Shown: positions 36,419 through 46,322 of the stretch, in pieces | Layout of the letters: each line of letters begins with the position of its first letter | Numbering within the stretch: position 1 is the stretch's first letter | Source of the DNA: an uncultured Gammaproteobacteria bacterium | GTDB lineage: Bacteria; Patescibacteriota; Microgenomatia; CAYXHB01; CAZYTL01 | NCBI GenBank assembly: GCA_964650355.1 | Contig: CAZYTL010000003.1 | Location: 65,750-129,749 of the forward strand | Length of the DNA stretch: 64,000 nt | Direction: 5' to 3' | Position numbers and translations under genes: made by a program | Notes under the pieces: model-generated | The model's database searches: none | What the model was told of the DNA's origin: nothing | The model's input: only the letters and a program-made list of their open reading frames with translations

Positions 36419-38776
36419 ATGCGAGCCTCTCAAAAAACCCTCATCTATCTCCGCCCTCAATCCCCCCTCCGTAAGATTATCTATCTATTCTTATTTAGCA
36501 CTATCATCTCCCTCTTTCTCACCACCGCCCTCTTCCTTTACCAATACCTCTACACCGACCTCCCGGACATCAACCAACTAATCACTGGCCATCAACAACT
36601 GACCACTACCAACATCTACGACCGTCATCATCGTCTCCTCTATCAAATCTACCAGGACCAGAACCGCCTGCCCGTTTCCATCTCAGAACTTCCTCCTTAC
36701 CTCATCCAGGCTCATATCGCCATCGAAGACCAAAACTTCTACCATCACCTCGGCATCAATCCTCCCGACATCCTCCGCGCAGCCTATGTAAATATTTACA
36801 ACTATCTTAACTGTAAACTTTATACTAAAAACTGTAATCTATCTTTACAAGGCGCCTCGACCATCACCCAACAACTCATCAAAAACACCCTCCTTTCCCC
36901 TCAACGCACCCTCAAGCGGAAACTCCAGGAAATCATCCTCGCCCTCCATTTAGAAAGAAAACTCACCAAAGACCAAATTCTCGAAAAATACCTCAACACC
37001 GTCTCCTATGGCGGCACCGCCTACGGTATCGAAGCCGCCGCCCGCAAATACTTTGCCAAACCTGCCTCTCAACTCAATTTAGCCGAGTCCGCCCTCCTGG
37101 CTGGTCTGCCTGCCGCTCCCACCACCTATTCTCCTTACGGTGCCCATCCCGAACTCGCCCTCACCCGTCAACACCAAGTACTCCAACGCATGTATGAAGA
37201 CGGCTATATTACTGAAAATCAAAAACAGACAGCCATCAGCTATCAACTGACTTACGCCGCTCCTGATAAACAAATCAAAGCCCCGCATTTCGTCATGTAC
37301 GTCCGCAAACAACTTGAAGAGCAATTCGGACCCCAATACCTCACCCAAAACAGCCTCGACATCACCACCTCACTCGATCTCGACCTTCAGGAACTCACCC
37401 AAAACATTCTTCAATCAGAAATCTCGAATCTTAAATCTTTACACGTCACCAACGGCGCCGTTCTCATCACCCAACCCGCCACCGGAGACATCTTAGCCAT
37501 GGTCGGCTCTGTCAACTATTTCGACACCCAACACCAGGGCAACTACAATGCCACCACTGCCCCTCGGCAACCCGGATCCTCTATCAAACCCGTCAACTAC
37601 GCCGCCGCCCTCAGTCTAAATTTAACTGACAACTTAACTCCACAGTACACTGCAGCAAGCCTCATTGATGACTCTCCTGTCACCCTCACCTTTCCTGATC
37701 AGCCTCCCTACACCCCTACTAACTACGATGGCCAATATCATGGTTTGGTCACCCTCCGCACCGCTCTCGCTTCCTCTTTCAACATCCCGGCCGTCAAAGT
37801 GCTTCACAGTTACGGTGTAGAAAAAATGTTCTCCCTTGGCCAACAACTCGGCATCACTACCTGGACCGATCCCCACCGCTACGGCCCCTCTCTCACTTTG
37901 GGCGGAGGAGAAGTGCGCATGACTGACATGGCCGTCGTCTACGGTACCTTCGCCAACCTCGGCTATCGGATAGACCTTAACCCTATCACTGCCATCAACG
38001 ATGCTAATGGCCAAAATTACCTACCCCAAATCCCCAATAACCAAAATTCGACATTTCCACATCACGATGCTCTCGTCCTCGATCCCCGGGTTGCTTTCCT
38101 CATCAATCATATCCTTTCTGATAACCAGGCCCGCATTCCTGGATTCGGTCGTTACTCACTCCTCAACATCAAAGACCACATCGCGGCAGTCAAAACCGGT
38201 ACTTCAGACAACCTCCGGGATAACTGGGCCATCGGTTACACTCCCGACTACCTAGTAGCTGTTTGGGTCGGCAACTTTGACAACTCTCCCATGGATCACA
38301 TCGCCTCCGGCATTACCGGCGCCACCCCCATCTGGCACCAACTCATGACCTATCTCCTCGATGAATACAACACCACCTCTTCTCATGAAACAGAGAGGTT
38401 GTCTGGAGTCACAGAAAATACCGACAATTCTTCTTCTAATGAAGCTAAAATCGATTTTCCCTGGCCGCCGCCAGCAGGCCTCACCCAAGTCTCCATCTGT
38501 CCTCTCACCAATACCCTTTCCTGCCAAGACTGCCCCAACACCCAGGAATGGTTTATTGACGGCACTCAACCTACCGGAACCTGCACCGGCGTCCCCCCTT
38601 CTCCTTCACCCACCATTCCACCGTCACCGCCTACTCCACCGATCACTGCTTCACCGACCACGTATCCTTTCTTTATCCGCACGACCCCTCCCCCTTTAAA
38701 CCCCTACCTCCTCTATCAGCAACGCGATACCTACCTCCAGCAACTCATCGAGGATCTCAAGCGCCAAACACCCTAA
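36419..38776 (+). CDS. bifunctional penicillin-binding protein 1A-like paralog (GT51 + transpeptidase)
   Basis: IAIEDQNFYHHLG, GASTITQQLIKN, SSIKP, SFN and KTGT. C-terminal Pro-rich tail. Confidence 0.85.
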   Translation: MRASQKTLIYLRPQSPLRKIIYLFLFSTIISLFLTTALFLYQYLYTDLPDINQLITGHQQLTTTNIYDRHHRLLYQIYQDQNRLPVSISELPPYLIQAHIAIEDQNFYHHLGINPPDILRAAYVNIYNYLNCKLYTKNCNLSLQGASTITQQLIKNTLLSPQRTLKRKLQEIILALHLERKLTKDQILEKYLNTVSYGGTAYGIEAAARKYFAKPASQLNLAESALLAGLPAAPTTYSPYGAHPELALTRQHQVLQRMYEDGYITENQKQTAISYQLTYAAPDKQIKAPHFVMYVRKQLEEQFGPQYLTQNSLDITTSLDLDLQELTQNILQSEISNLKSLHVTNGAVLITQPATGDILAMVGSVNYFDTQHQGNYNATTAPRQPGSSIKPVNYAAALSLNLTDNLTPQYTAASLIDDSPVTLTFPDQPPYTPTNYDGQYHGLVTLRTALASSFNIPAVKVLHSYGVEKMFSLGQQLGITTWTDPHRYGPSLTLGGGEVRMTDMAVVYGTFANLGYRIDLNPITAINDANGQNYLPQIPNNQNSTFPHHDALVLDPRVAFLINHILSDNQARIPGFGRYSLLNIKDHIAAVKTGTSDNLRDNWAIGYTPDYLVAVWVGNFDNSPMDHIASGITGATPIWHQLMTYLLDEYNTTSSHETERLSGVTENTDNSSSNEAKIDFPWPPPAGLTQVSICPLTNTLSCQDCPNTQEWFIDGTQPTGTCTGVPPSPSPTIPPSPPTPPITASPTTYPFFIRTTPPPLNPYLLYQQRDTYLQQLIEDLKRQTP
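37240..37261. repeat. CAGCCATCAGCTATCAACTGAC, in-frame in the PBP1A-like paralog 2 (TAISYQLTY)
   Basis: Seen directly. Confidence 0.6.
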
Positions 38777-38779
38777 AAT

Positions 38780-39394
38780 CTATAACTCAAGTGATTTCTC
38801 AACAAATTCACATAACTGTCCTCCAATCAACCTCTGCCAAAACCCCACCTTCTCTTCATCACTTATTTCCGAAAAGTATTTCCCCCTCCTCAAATCAATT
38901 TGTAAAGACTCAATCGGGTAACCATGCTTCAAAGCTTTACTCGGTTTCCATACCAACTTTCTTGGTTCCTTAAAACTACTCTCAAACACTTGTCCATTTA
39001 CAGTTGCCAAACACACGGCATATTGCCAATAACCTTCAGCTTCCCCTCCTAATCCCCTGATCACTCCGGAAAAATGAGCCAATAATTCCTCATCTGACAT
39101 TTCTCTCTTCCCAAAAAATCTTCTTACATATATTCCGGGTTGTAAATCATCCACCAAACCCTCAATATACAGCCCGATATCAACCGCTAACACGGCCTCA
39201 CCTAACTTACTAGCATAACCTAATGCCTTTAACCGTGCATTCTCAACTTCATTCTTACCAGATTCCTCAACTTCAAAATCGTTTATCGCTCCAAAATCAG
39301 CTAAGTTCCTTAACTCAATATCCAAAGAACTCAACGCATCCTTTATCTGCTTAAACTTAGCCTTATTCCTAGTCGCAATCACCAACTGCTTCAT
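38780..39394 (-). CDS. Ham1/Maf-like nucleoside-triphosphate pyrophosphatase paralog
   Basis: VIATRNKAKFKQIK ... ENARLKA ... LAVDIGL...PGIY resemble ITPase-family motifs. The start at MKQLV is preferred over the track's 39436. Confidence 0.5.
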   Translation of the reverse strand: MKQLVIATRNKAKFKQIKDALSSLDIELRNLADFGAINDFEVEESGKNEVENARLKALGYASKLGEAVLAVDIGLYIEGLVDDLQPGIYVRRFFGKREMSDEELLAHFSGVIRGLGGEAEGYWQYAVCLATVNGQVFESSFKEPRKLVWKPSKALKHGYPIESLQIDLRRGKYFSEISDEEKVGFWQRLIGGQLCEFVEKSLEL

Positions 39395-39545
39395 AACCAA
39401 AATATACACCAGAGTACCACGGCCATGAAGTTCCAAATAATTAGAAACATTCTATCCCATTCTTCCACCCCGTCAACTGAAAAATTTTTTAGCTATTCTC
39501 CCACTTCAGAAACATCAACTCTTATAAACAAACACCCACTCTATC

Positions 39546-40304
39546 TCACTCAACCGTCTCTTTCACTTGCTCTCCTTGTTTAGACACTTCCAGCCATTTA
39601 CCCCTCATTTTAACCGTCCCAGCAGCAAAATCCACAACCTCCGGCGCCCGAGTCTTTACATCATCCACTAAACTCTCCAGCTTCTCGGCATCCACCCCTT
39701 GACGCTCCCGATAGCTTTCACGTCTCAGCGGCACAGGAGCTCCTGGTTTTACCTCTTCAGGTACTATATGACTAGAATGCGGATATGAAAAAGCCACAAA
39801 ATCTAAATCCCCGGGTCTGTTGGCATCCAAAGCAATCCTTCCTATTCCCCCTTCATTCCCCGCACTGGGTACATACAGCGTCATTCCAACTTGCTGGTCA
39901 TTTCTCGAAACATCAATTCTTTCTGGATACATAGTTCTTATTCTTTTTAGGACCAATCCCCGCTTTTCAACTCGGTAAGGAACCGTCGCATACCAAGAAA
40001 AATTAACCCCATCCCTTTCCACTTGTCTTCGTAAACTTACGTCTCTCGCAATTCTAGATCTTTCTACTATCCAGGTACCTGTCTCATCCGTTATCCTTCT
40101 CATTTCACCCGGCTCCATGTTTTTTATCAATTGTTCTCCAATCCCATGTATAACTTCTATCGTCTCAGCGCACGTTTCCAAAGTTAATCCTTCCACCACA
40201 ATTACTTGGTTTCCAGTAGTTCTATCCTTAGAGGCTTCACCACCATTGTGAGAAACACCCCCATCTTCATCTTGCACCTGGGTAGGAAGCCCTTCCTCTA
40301 ACAT
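39546..40304 (-). CDS. hypothetical protein
   Basis: 252-aa ORF with no confident motif. Confidence 0.35.
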   Translation of the reverse strand: MLEEGLPTQVQDEDGGVSHNGGEASKDRTTGNQVIVVEGLTLETCAETIEVIHGIGEQLIKNMEPGEMRRITDETGTWIVERSRIARDVSLRRQVERDGVNFSWYATVPYRVEKRGLVLKRIRTMYPERIDVSRNDQQVGMTLYVPSAGNEGGIGRIALDANRPGDLDFVAFSYPHSSHIVPEEVKPGAPVPLRRESYRERQGVDAEKLESLVDDVKTRAPEVVDFAAGTVKMRGKWLEVSKQGEQVKETVE

Positions 40305-40358
40305 AAATCAATTATACCAAAATCCTCTCATCTGTTACGCCTTTTTTCAAAAAGTCCT

Positions 40359-41441
40359 TTAGTCTTTAATCTCGCTCTGCCATTTCCACACCGTCCTACT
40401 GATCTCCGGCACCGCTTCCTTCGCCTCTATCTCATTAACATTCTCAGTCATCACTACCAATAAATAAGGTTGCGGAGCATACACAATCCCTGCATCTCCC
40501 ACCACTCCGACTTCTGTTCCCACCTTATGCGCCACTTTAATATCATCAGGCACTCCGGCAGGAATCCGATCCTCATACCACGTCTTTATCATCGAATCCA
40601 ATATTTGTTCACTATCATCTTTATTTACCCATCTATATGCATACAATCCTTCGAATAAATCCACAATTTCTTTCGGCGTTACCTGATTATCTTTAATCGA
40701 CACTTGCCATAAACCCATCTTCGTAAACTCCCCTGCCAACCTCTCTTCTCCCACCAAATTTACCATCGCTTGGAAAGCTGTATTGTCTGATTCGTTCCCC
40801 ATGTGCCACAACAACTTTCTCCACGTCACTTCATACCCCACCGGCTTGCCTACCAGACTCCCGCTCCCTCCTACTCGATCCGCCTCTCTTAATTTATATA
40901 CATCTTCCAAATCTACCTCTCCCCTTTCTGCCATCCTGTACACTGCTACAATCACGGGCACCTTAATCAAACTCGCTGCTTGCATCGGCTCATTCATAAA
41001 ATTCTGCTTTGCAGAAAAATCTCCTTCCGGCCCCACCTCAAATTCCCAATTCCCCCTACTCTTACATTCTGAATTCTGCATTTTTACACTGAGCGAAGTC
41101 GAAGTGCTGCATTCTAAATTCTTGCTATATACCACATACCTCCCTCGCAACCCCTCCACCATCCCCCGAATCTGCCCCTCTACTTCTGAAGTGTCGATGA
41201 TTACTTCATCTTTGATATCCGTCCGCCGACTGGCGGATTGATTTTTGACTTCTTCCCTCTCCCACACCATTGGTTTGGGCTGCCAAACATCCTTCACCCC
41301 CTCCTTTAATTTCCCTTGCCACCAAAACCCTACCGTCACCAAAGTCATCACCAAAAACACCCCCGCCACCACCCATCTATTCTTCCTCTTCTTCTCCTGC
41401 CATTCCCGAATGGTTTCCTGTTTCACCTTCTTCTTTACCAT
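40359..41441 (-). CDS. class A beta-lactamase-like / penicillin-binding serine hydrolase, membrane-anchored
   Basis: SxxK (ASLIKV), SDN (ESDNTA) and KxG (HKVGTE) motifs. N-terminal TM helix. Confidence 0.6.
   Translation of the reverse strand: MVKKKVKQETIREWQEKKRKNRWVVAGVFLVMTLVTVGFWWQGKLKEGVKDVWQPKPMVWEREEVKNQSASRRTDIKDEVIIDTSEVEGQIRGMVEGLRGRYVVYSKNLECSTSTSLSVKMQNSECKSRGNWEFEVGPEGDFSAKQNFMNEPMQAASLIKVPVIVAVYRMAERGEVDLEDVYKLREADRVGGSGSLVGKPVGYEVTWRKLLWHMGNESDNTAFQAMVNLVGEERLAGEFTKMGLWQVSIKDNQVTPKEIVDLFEGLYAYRWVNKDDSEQILDSMIKTWYEDRIPAGVPDDIKVAHKVGTEVGVVGDAGIVYAPQPYLLVVMTENVNEIEAKEAVPEISRTVWKWQSEIKD
41001..41016. repeat. ATTCTGCTTTGCAGAA palindrome, in-frame in the beta-lactamase-like gene (DFSAKQNF)
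   Basis: Exact copy. Confidence 0.8.
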
Positions 41442-41565
41442 TCCCTATATTCTAACCCAAGGCCTTACAAAACGCTAAAAACCAAATTATTTCATCCTTA
41501 CCATTTTGCATTTTGCTTGCCCCGTAGTCCTCTGCACTACTGGGGATCTTTGATTTTTGATTTAA

Positions 41566-42198
41566 TTATGTCATAAACGCTTTCTCCTTACACACCCGAC
41601 AATGCGTATGGTCCAACCTCCCCATCTGCTTCTCAAACTTCTCAATCGCTTCCATAATTTCCTCCTTAGAGTCAACAATCTCAAACAACTTCACCGATTC
41701 TTTTCTGATCCGCATATTCTTTACTAACACCTTTGTAATCGCCTTCCAAAAATCTCCGTACAACACAAACCCTTTGTGATGCCCTCTATACAACTTCGCT
41801 AACACCCAGGCAGTAGAAAACTCAGACAAAGTCCCCGTTCCTCCGTTAAACACCACATAAAAATCCGCGTGCTCCAACAACTTAAACATCCTCTCAATAT
41901 AATTACCCGTCTTAATTTCCACATCCGGGATATTTCCCACATACCGACCTTCAAACCCGGGCGCGTCCTTAGGATCAAACGTCACCGTCAGTGTCTCGCC
42001 TCCCCCGGCCTCCGCCCCTTTTGTCGAAGCATCCATCACTCCAGGCCCACCGCCGTTAATAATCGTATACCCCTTTTGAGCCAAAAACTTAGCCGCTTCA
42101 TAGGCCGAATCATACAACTCCTCCCCCGGGTCCGTATCCGAAAACCCGAAAAAGGCAATATTCTTCACCAACCTAGGTATCACCAACTTCCTTTTCTC
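41566..42198 (-). CDS. LOG-family (TIGR00730) Rossmann-fold nucleotide-binding protein
   Basis: GGGPGVMDA and PGGTGTLSEF motifs. Start moved to MEKRKL to remove the overlap with the upstream gene; the track ORF extends to 42288. Confidence 0.7.
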   Translation of the reverse strand, partial: EKRKLVIPRLVKNIAFFGFSDTDPGEELYDSAYEAAKFLAQKGYTIINGGGPGVMDASTKGAEAGGGETLTVTFDPKDAPGFEGRYVGNIPDVEIKTGNYIERMFKLLEHADFYVVFNGGTGTLSEFSTAWVLAKLYRGHHKGFVLYGDFWKAITKVLVKNMRIRKESVKLFEIVDSKEEIMEAIEKFEKQMGRLDHTHCRVCKEKAFMT

Positions 42199-42220
42199 CA
42201 TATCCCCTACTTTACCATAT

Positions 42221-42904
42221 TTAGCCCGCCAATTGCGCATATAAATTTCGCAGATTCTCCCCAAAATCTCCCGACCCAAACAACCCACTATTCACCTCTG
42301 CCATATCTACACCCAAATCTCTCAACATATTTACATTCTCCAGCTTTACCCCCCCATCAACCTCTATCTGAAAATTCACTGACAACTGATCTCTGACAAC
42401 TGACAACTGTTTTACCTTCTCCAATAGCTCATTCTTCATCTTCCGCCCCGAAAACCCCGCCTCAATCGTCATCACCTGCACCACATCCAAATCCCTCCCC
42501 ACCTCCTCCTTTATCGCTAATATCGGCGTTTGCGCATCGATTGACAACCCACATTCCAAACCCCACTCGCCTTTCACTAAACTCACCCACGAGACCTGAT
42601 CCTTAACCACCTCCACCTGCGGCATTATCCGATCAAACCCCACCCCATAACAGCCCTTCATCCACTCCTGTAAATTATCCTCGTCCACCATCAAATGTGC
42701 CTCAAACTTCAACCCTAATCCCTTATTCTTAATTCCCAATTCAATATCTCTGGGCCTTAACGTCTTATTATTAGCATAGATTCCGTCAATAAAATCCACT
42801 TGTACCCACTCAATCAACCCCTGGCTGGCCCCTTTTCGGACCAACTCCACCCTCTGTTCAAAAATCTTTATATCATCAGTCAAAATCCCGGGAACAATCT
42901 GCAT
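42221..42904 (-). CDS. ribulose-phosphate 3-epimerase-like (Rpe family, divergent)
   Basis: TIM-barrel-like pattern with HLMV and QVMTIEAGFSGRK (~ VMSVNPGFGGQ). Confidence 0.5.
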   Translation of the reverse strand: MQIVPGILTDDIKIFEQRVELVRKGASQGLIEWVQVDFIDGIYANNKTLRPRDIELGIKNKGLGLKFEAHLMVDEDNLQEWMKGCYGVGFDRIMPQVEVVKDQVSWVSLVKGEWGLECGLSIDAQTPILAIKEEVGRDLDVVQVMTIEAGFSGRKMKNELLEKVKQLSVVRDQLSVNFQIEVDGGVKLENVNMLRDLGVDMAEVNSGLFGSGDFGENLRNLYAQLAG

Positions 42905-42950
42905 AACCCCATTGAAACATAAACATAAATTAATTTCACCTTCCCCTGCT

Positions 42951-43415
42951 CTAATGTTTTCTTGTTGTCATGAATCTGTATCCTAAAACCACCACCAACC
43001 CATACCCCACCAACTTCAAACTCATATAAATCGCCTCTATTACCGCTCTTAAACTTCCGGTTCCGTCACCATACCCATTCCCTTTTAACAACGTCATCAA
43101 CTCCTCATCTCCTCCTCTCCCCGATGCCCACCACACGGTTACCATCCATCCCAGCCACACCAATATTACCACGTACACCCACAATCCATACTTGGCAATC
43201 AATTCCTTCACCTCCTTAATCTTCCGAATCTCTTCAGAGTAATTGATCATATAAACCAGCCCTAATCCCAATCCCAATAACTCAAACAACCACCCCCAGT
43301 TCTTTACCCACCACCTCATTCCAATCAAACCTCCCAATACAGTTAAACCCAAACCGAGCACCAATCCCCAACTAATACCTAACTTCAACAATCGCCAATT
43401 CACCAACCGCATCAT
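42951..43415 (-). CDS. hypothetical membrane protein
   Basis: Multiple TM helices, W/G-rich. Confidence 0.35.
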   Translation of the reverse strand: MMRLVNWRLLKLGISWGLVLGLGLTVLGGLIGMRWWVKNWGWLFELLGLGLGLVYMINYSEEIRKIKEVKELIAKYGLWVYVVILVWLGWMVTVWWASGRGGDEELMTLLKGNGYGDGTGSLRAVIEAIYMSLKLVGYGLVVVLGYRFMTTRKH

Positions 43416-43479
43416 CTCTCATTAAACCATAAAACCATTACAACATAAAAGCACTAGAACAACCTATCAATATAACTAC

Positions 43480-43935
43480 TTACTTCTCTATGTTACTAAT
43501 CTTCTCCAACCTCCTCTTATGCCTCTCTTCCCCGCTAAACTCCGTCTCCAAAAACGCTTTCACCATTTCCTTTGCCTGCTGAGCGTCTACATAATCCACC
43601 GCCAAAGCCAGCACATTAATGTCATCATCTCTCCTTGCCGCCCCTACCTGCTCCTCATTCAAACCCAACCCACACCGCACCCCCTTAAACTTATTGGCCA
43701 CCACACATACCCCTACCCCGCTCCCGCAAATCACAATCCCACAACTTTTCATTTCCCGCTCTTCGAGCTTCATTACTTGCTGCCCAACCAGCACAGCAAA
43801 ATCCACATAATCATCCTCCTCATCCAACTCTTCAGCCCCGCAATCCACCACTTCATAATCCATGCCCATCAACCACCCTTTCAAGAATTCCTTTAACTTA
43901 AACCCCCGGTGATCAACCCCAATAAAAACTTTCAT
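43480..43935 (-). CDS. rpiB: ribose-5-phosphate isomerase B (RpiB/LacAB family)
   Basis: KVFIGVDHRGF...GIVICGSGVGVCVVANK...DDINVLAL match RpiB motifs. Confidence 0.8.
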   Translation of the reverse strand: MKVFIGVDHRGFKLKEFLKGWLMGMDYEVVDCGAEELDEEDDYVDFAVLVGQQVMKLEEREMKSCGIVICGSGVGVCVVANKFKGVRCGLGLNEEQVGAARRDDDINVLALAVDYVDAQQAKEMVKAFLETEFSGEERHKRRLEKISNIEK

Positions 43936-44480
43936 ACTCCTAGTTTATCACGTAACCTTTCCAATGCTCTCCTTCTCATCGAAACCTGATTCTTCTCCTC
44001 CATCCCCATCTCCGCAAACGTCTTGTCAAAACCCTCAGGAATAAAAATCGGGTCCCACCCAAACGCATACTCTCCTCTTGGTTCTTTTGCAATCATTCCT
44101 TTAACCTCCCCCTCAAACAACCGCACTTGCTCTCCATCATGATATCCTATTACCACCACAGCCCTCGCCCTGCGATCCTTTTCGTTTTCCATCATCCTAC
44201 AAATCCCTTCACACCCTACAGCTTCCAAAAACCAATGAATTAACGCCCCAGGCAATCCGTTCCACGCCTCAAAATACAACTGATTATCTTCCACCATCAA
44301 GGGCCGCTTCAGCTTCTTATAAGCTTGTTCAACTTTATACCTTACTACAGTTCTTCCATCAATCGCCTGAATCTCATCCAAATTCAAATCTCTTCCCTCA
44401 ACCTTAAAACCGCTCCCCAAAATCTCCCTTGCTTCTCGCAGCTTATTCTTGTTCCCAGTCACAAACAAAATCTTCTTCAT
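43932..44480 (-). CDS. Ham1/RdgB dITP/XTP pyrophosphatase
   Basis: ILFVTGNKNKLREAREIL, EAWNGLPGAL and AFGWDPIF. Confidence 0.8.
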   Translation of the reverse strand: MKKILFVTGNKNKLREAREILGSGFKVEGRDLNLDEIQAIDGRTVVRYKVEQAYKKLKRPLMVEDNQLYFEAWNGLPGALIHWFLEAVGCEGICRMMENEKDRRARAVVVIGYHDGEQVRLFEGEVKGMIAKEPRGEYAFGWDPIFIPEGFDKTFAEMGMEEKNQVSMRRRALERLRDKLGV

Positions 44481-44845
44481 ATGGAAATAAACAAATCAAA
44501 AAAAACAAACACCACCAACATCAACACCGATTTTAATATATCAATCAATAACCTGGATTCAGTATCCTTTAGCTGGCCTAAAAATCTCCACATCGGCCAG
44601 ATCCAAATTAACAAACTTACCGCCGAATCCATCAGCAACCAAAACAACCAGGGATTGTCGTAGTAAAAAAACTGTTCTCCCGGTTTAAATTCATCTGCCA
44701 GTCTGCGGCCAATATCATTATAAACCATGTCATTCATCATCCAAATCACCACAAAATTCAAGCCATAAACCCAAAACACCAACCCTGGCATCGTCAATTC
44801 TTCCTTTTTAGCAATCCTTGCCGCATCAACCACTACGGCCTTCAA
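44477..44845 (-). CDS. hypothetical membrane protein
   Basis: 122 aa with 2-3 TM helices. Start codon overlaps the Ham1 gene by 4 nt. Confidence 0.35.
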   Translation of the reverse strand: MKAVVVDAARIAKKEELTMPGLVFWVYGLNFVVIWMMNDMVYNDIGRRLADEFKPGEQFFYYDNPWLFWLLMDSAVSLLIWIWPMWRFLGQLKDTESRLLIDILKSVLMLVVFVFFDLFISI

Positions 44846-45014
44846 CCACTAATTACTTAACGGCATCGTTAAGTGAGATCTGCTTAGTGCTACTAAAAAC
44901 TTACCTACACTTCCTTCCGTGTGAATTGCCAAACCCCAAAACACCACCCAACCAATTCCAAACAAACCAGTCAGTAAATAATCAGTAATCCTCAACTGCC
45001 ACCACCTTTTCATA

Positions 45015-45695
45015 TTAGGTCATTGAGTTATATCCCTTCACCAACTCCCTCAACTCTCCTTCCGGATCATCAGCCTTCATCACATCCGAAGCGATCAAAA
45101 ACCCATACGCTCCCAGCTCTAAACCAATCTTAATATCCTCTACTGAATGCACGCCTGCCCCGATCAACAACCTTTCGCCCCCCACAATCTCTACCACCTC
45201 CTGTACCACTTCCGGCTTCGACGAGGCCACCGATTTATCCCGACTCCCAATCAACTCCGGCGGTTCATAAGCCACATAATCAGGATCAAACTTCAACACT
45301 TTCTTCACCTCTTCTGGATCAGCCCCACAAATCAACGTTTTGAATCCTACATCTCTGGCTCTATTCATCGCCTTCTCAATATCCTCCATAATCAACTTCC
45401 TCTCCGAATGATTCAACATCACCCCCACTGCCCCGTTCGCCTTCACCGCCTCCGGCAGCACCCATCCCGTATGCGCCCCATACTCAATCCCGTCCACATG
45501 CTGACACCACACCGGCACCAACACTTCCCTGGCAATCCGCAACACATCAGACACCTGCACCACCACCGCCATCTCAATCCCGGTTTCCCGGCTCACCCGT
45601 TCCACAATCTGTGCCATCCGCAACCCCTCCTCCCCTGTCCCTGACTGATAAGTTTTAAAATTTACGAATATCATAAGCGATCCTAATCTCAGCAA
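45015..45695 (-). CDS. tpiA: triose-phosphate isomerase, archaeal-type short form
   Basis: FVNFKTY, GAHTG, LNHSERK and YEPPELIG motifs. About 225 aa. Confidence 0.75.
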   Translation of the reverse strand: MLRLGSLMIFVNFKTYQSGTGEEGLRMAQIVERVSRETGIEMAVVVQVSDVLRIAREVLVPVWCQHVDGIEYGAHTGWVLPEAVKANGAVGVMLNHSERKLIMEDIEKAMNRARDVGFKTLICGADPEEVKKVLKFDPDYVAYEPPELIGSRDKSVASSKPEVVQEVVEIVGGERLLIGAGVHSVEDIKIGLELGAYGFLIASDVMKADDPEGELRELVKGYNSMT

Positions 45696-45697
45696 AG

Positions 45698-45719
45698 GGT
45701 GATCAGCCTTTGGCTGATA
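45698..45719. repeat. intergenic copy: GGTGATCAGCCTTTGGCTGATA
   Basis: Palindromic TGATCAGCC...GGCTGATA. Confidence 0.65.
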
Positions 45720-45724
45720 CGAAT

Positions 45725-45952
45725 TTATCCGAATGATCCTAATACAAAATCATATAACCAGAATATTAATGGTCTCTTTATCATCCAATGAGAGCAGCCA
45801 GGGCATCCCAAACCAGCCTGACATGGAAAACATACCTCCTTTTGACTATAAACCGGAATAGGCATAATTAAAACCACAACCAACAACCCCACCATCAACT
45901 TCTTCTTCCCGCTCCATTGAATTCTGCTTTGCAGAACCTTCATTAACTCCAC
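45725..45952 (-). CDS. possible small secreted Cys-containing peptide (weak)
   Basis: Signal-like KKKLMVGLLVVVLIMPIPVYSQ, then 38 aa with CFPCQAGLGCPGC. Overlaps a copy of the ATTCTGCTTTGCAGAA palindrome. May be spurious. Confidence 0.25.
   Translation of the reverse strand: MELMKVLQSRIQWSGKKKLMVGLLVVVLIMPIPVYSQKEVCFPCQAGLGCPGCSHWMIKRPLIFWLYDFVLGSFG
45921..45936. repeat. ATTCTGCTTTGCAGAA palindrome (in the weak small ORF 45725..45952, or intergenic)
   Basis: Exact copy. Confidence 0.8.
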
Positions 45953-46002
45953 TCTACCACAAAATTGCCTCTCTCTACTCTCTCATGCTAATCTAAAATC
46001 AA

Positions 46003-46290
46003 ATGCTTAAAAAACTCCTTTTACTCTACTTGCTAGATTTTGCTCTCCTCGCCATTATTTTCTTTCTTGGCGGAGCCATAAAAATATTTGAAACTATTCC
46101 AATTAATATCTACTACATCAGTCTACCTTTTCTCATCTTCGTCCCTGCGTACTTTGTAAACCATTCATACCTAAAAGTTCCCTTTAAGCGTTTCTTTCAA
46201 ATCCAACTCCTCTTCCTCCTTACCATGGTCATCTTTATTTACTGGATTTTAATTGAAATTGCCGCTAATTTCGGCTCTATGATTCTGTAA
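46003..46290 (+). CDS. small membrane protein (MLKK-family paralog 1)
   Basis: 95 aa, 3 TM helices. AT-rich local composition. Confidence 0.35.
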   Translation: MLKKLLLLYLLDFALLAIIFFLGGAIKIFETIPINIYYISLPFLIFVPAYFVNHSYLKVPFKRFFQIQLLFLLTMVIFIYWILIEIAANFGSMIL

Positions 46291-46322
46291 CCTATTCCCC
46301 CAAACAAAATAAGTCTCTGTCT

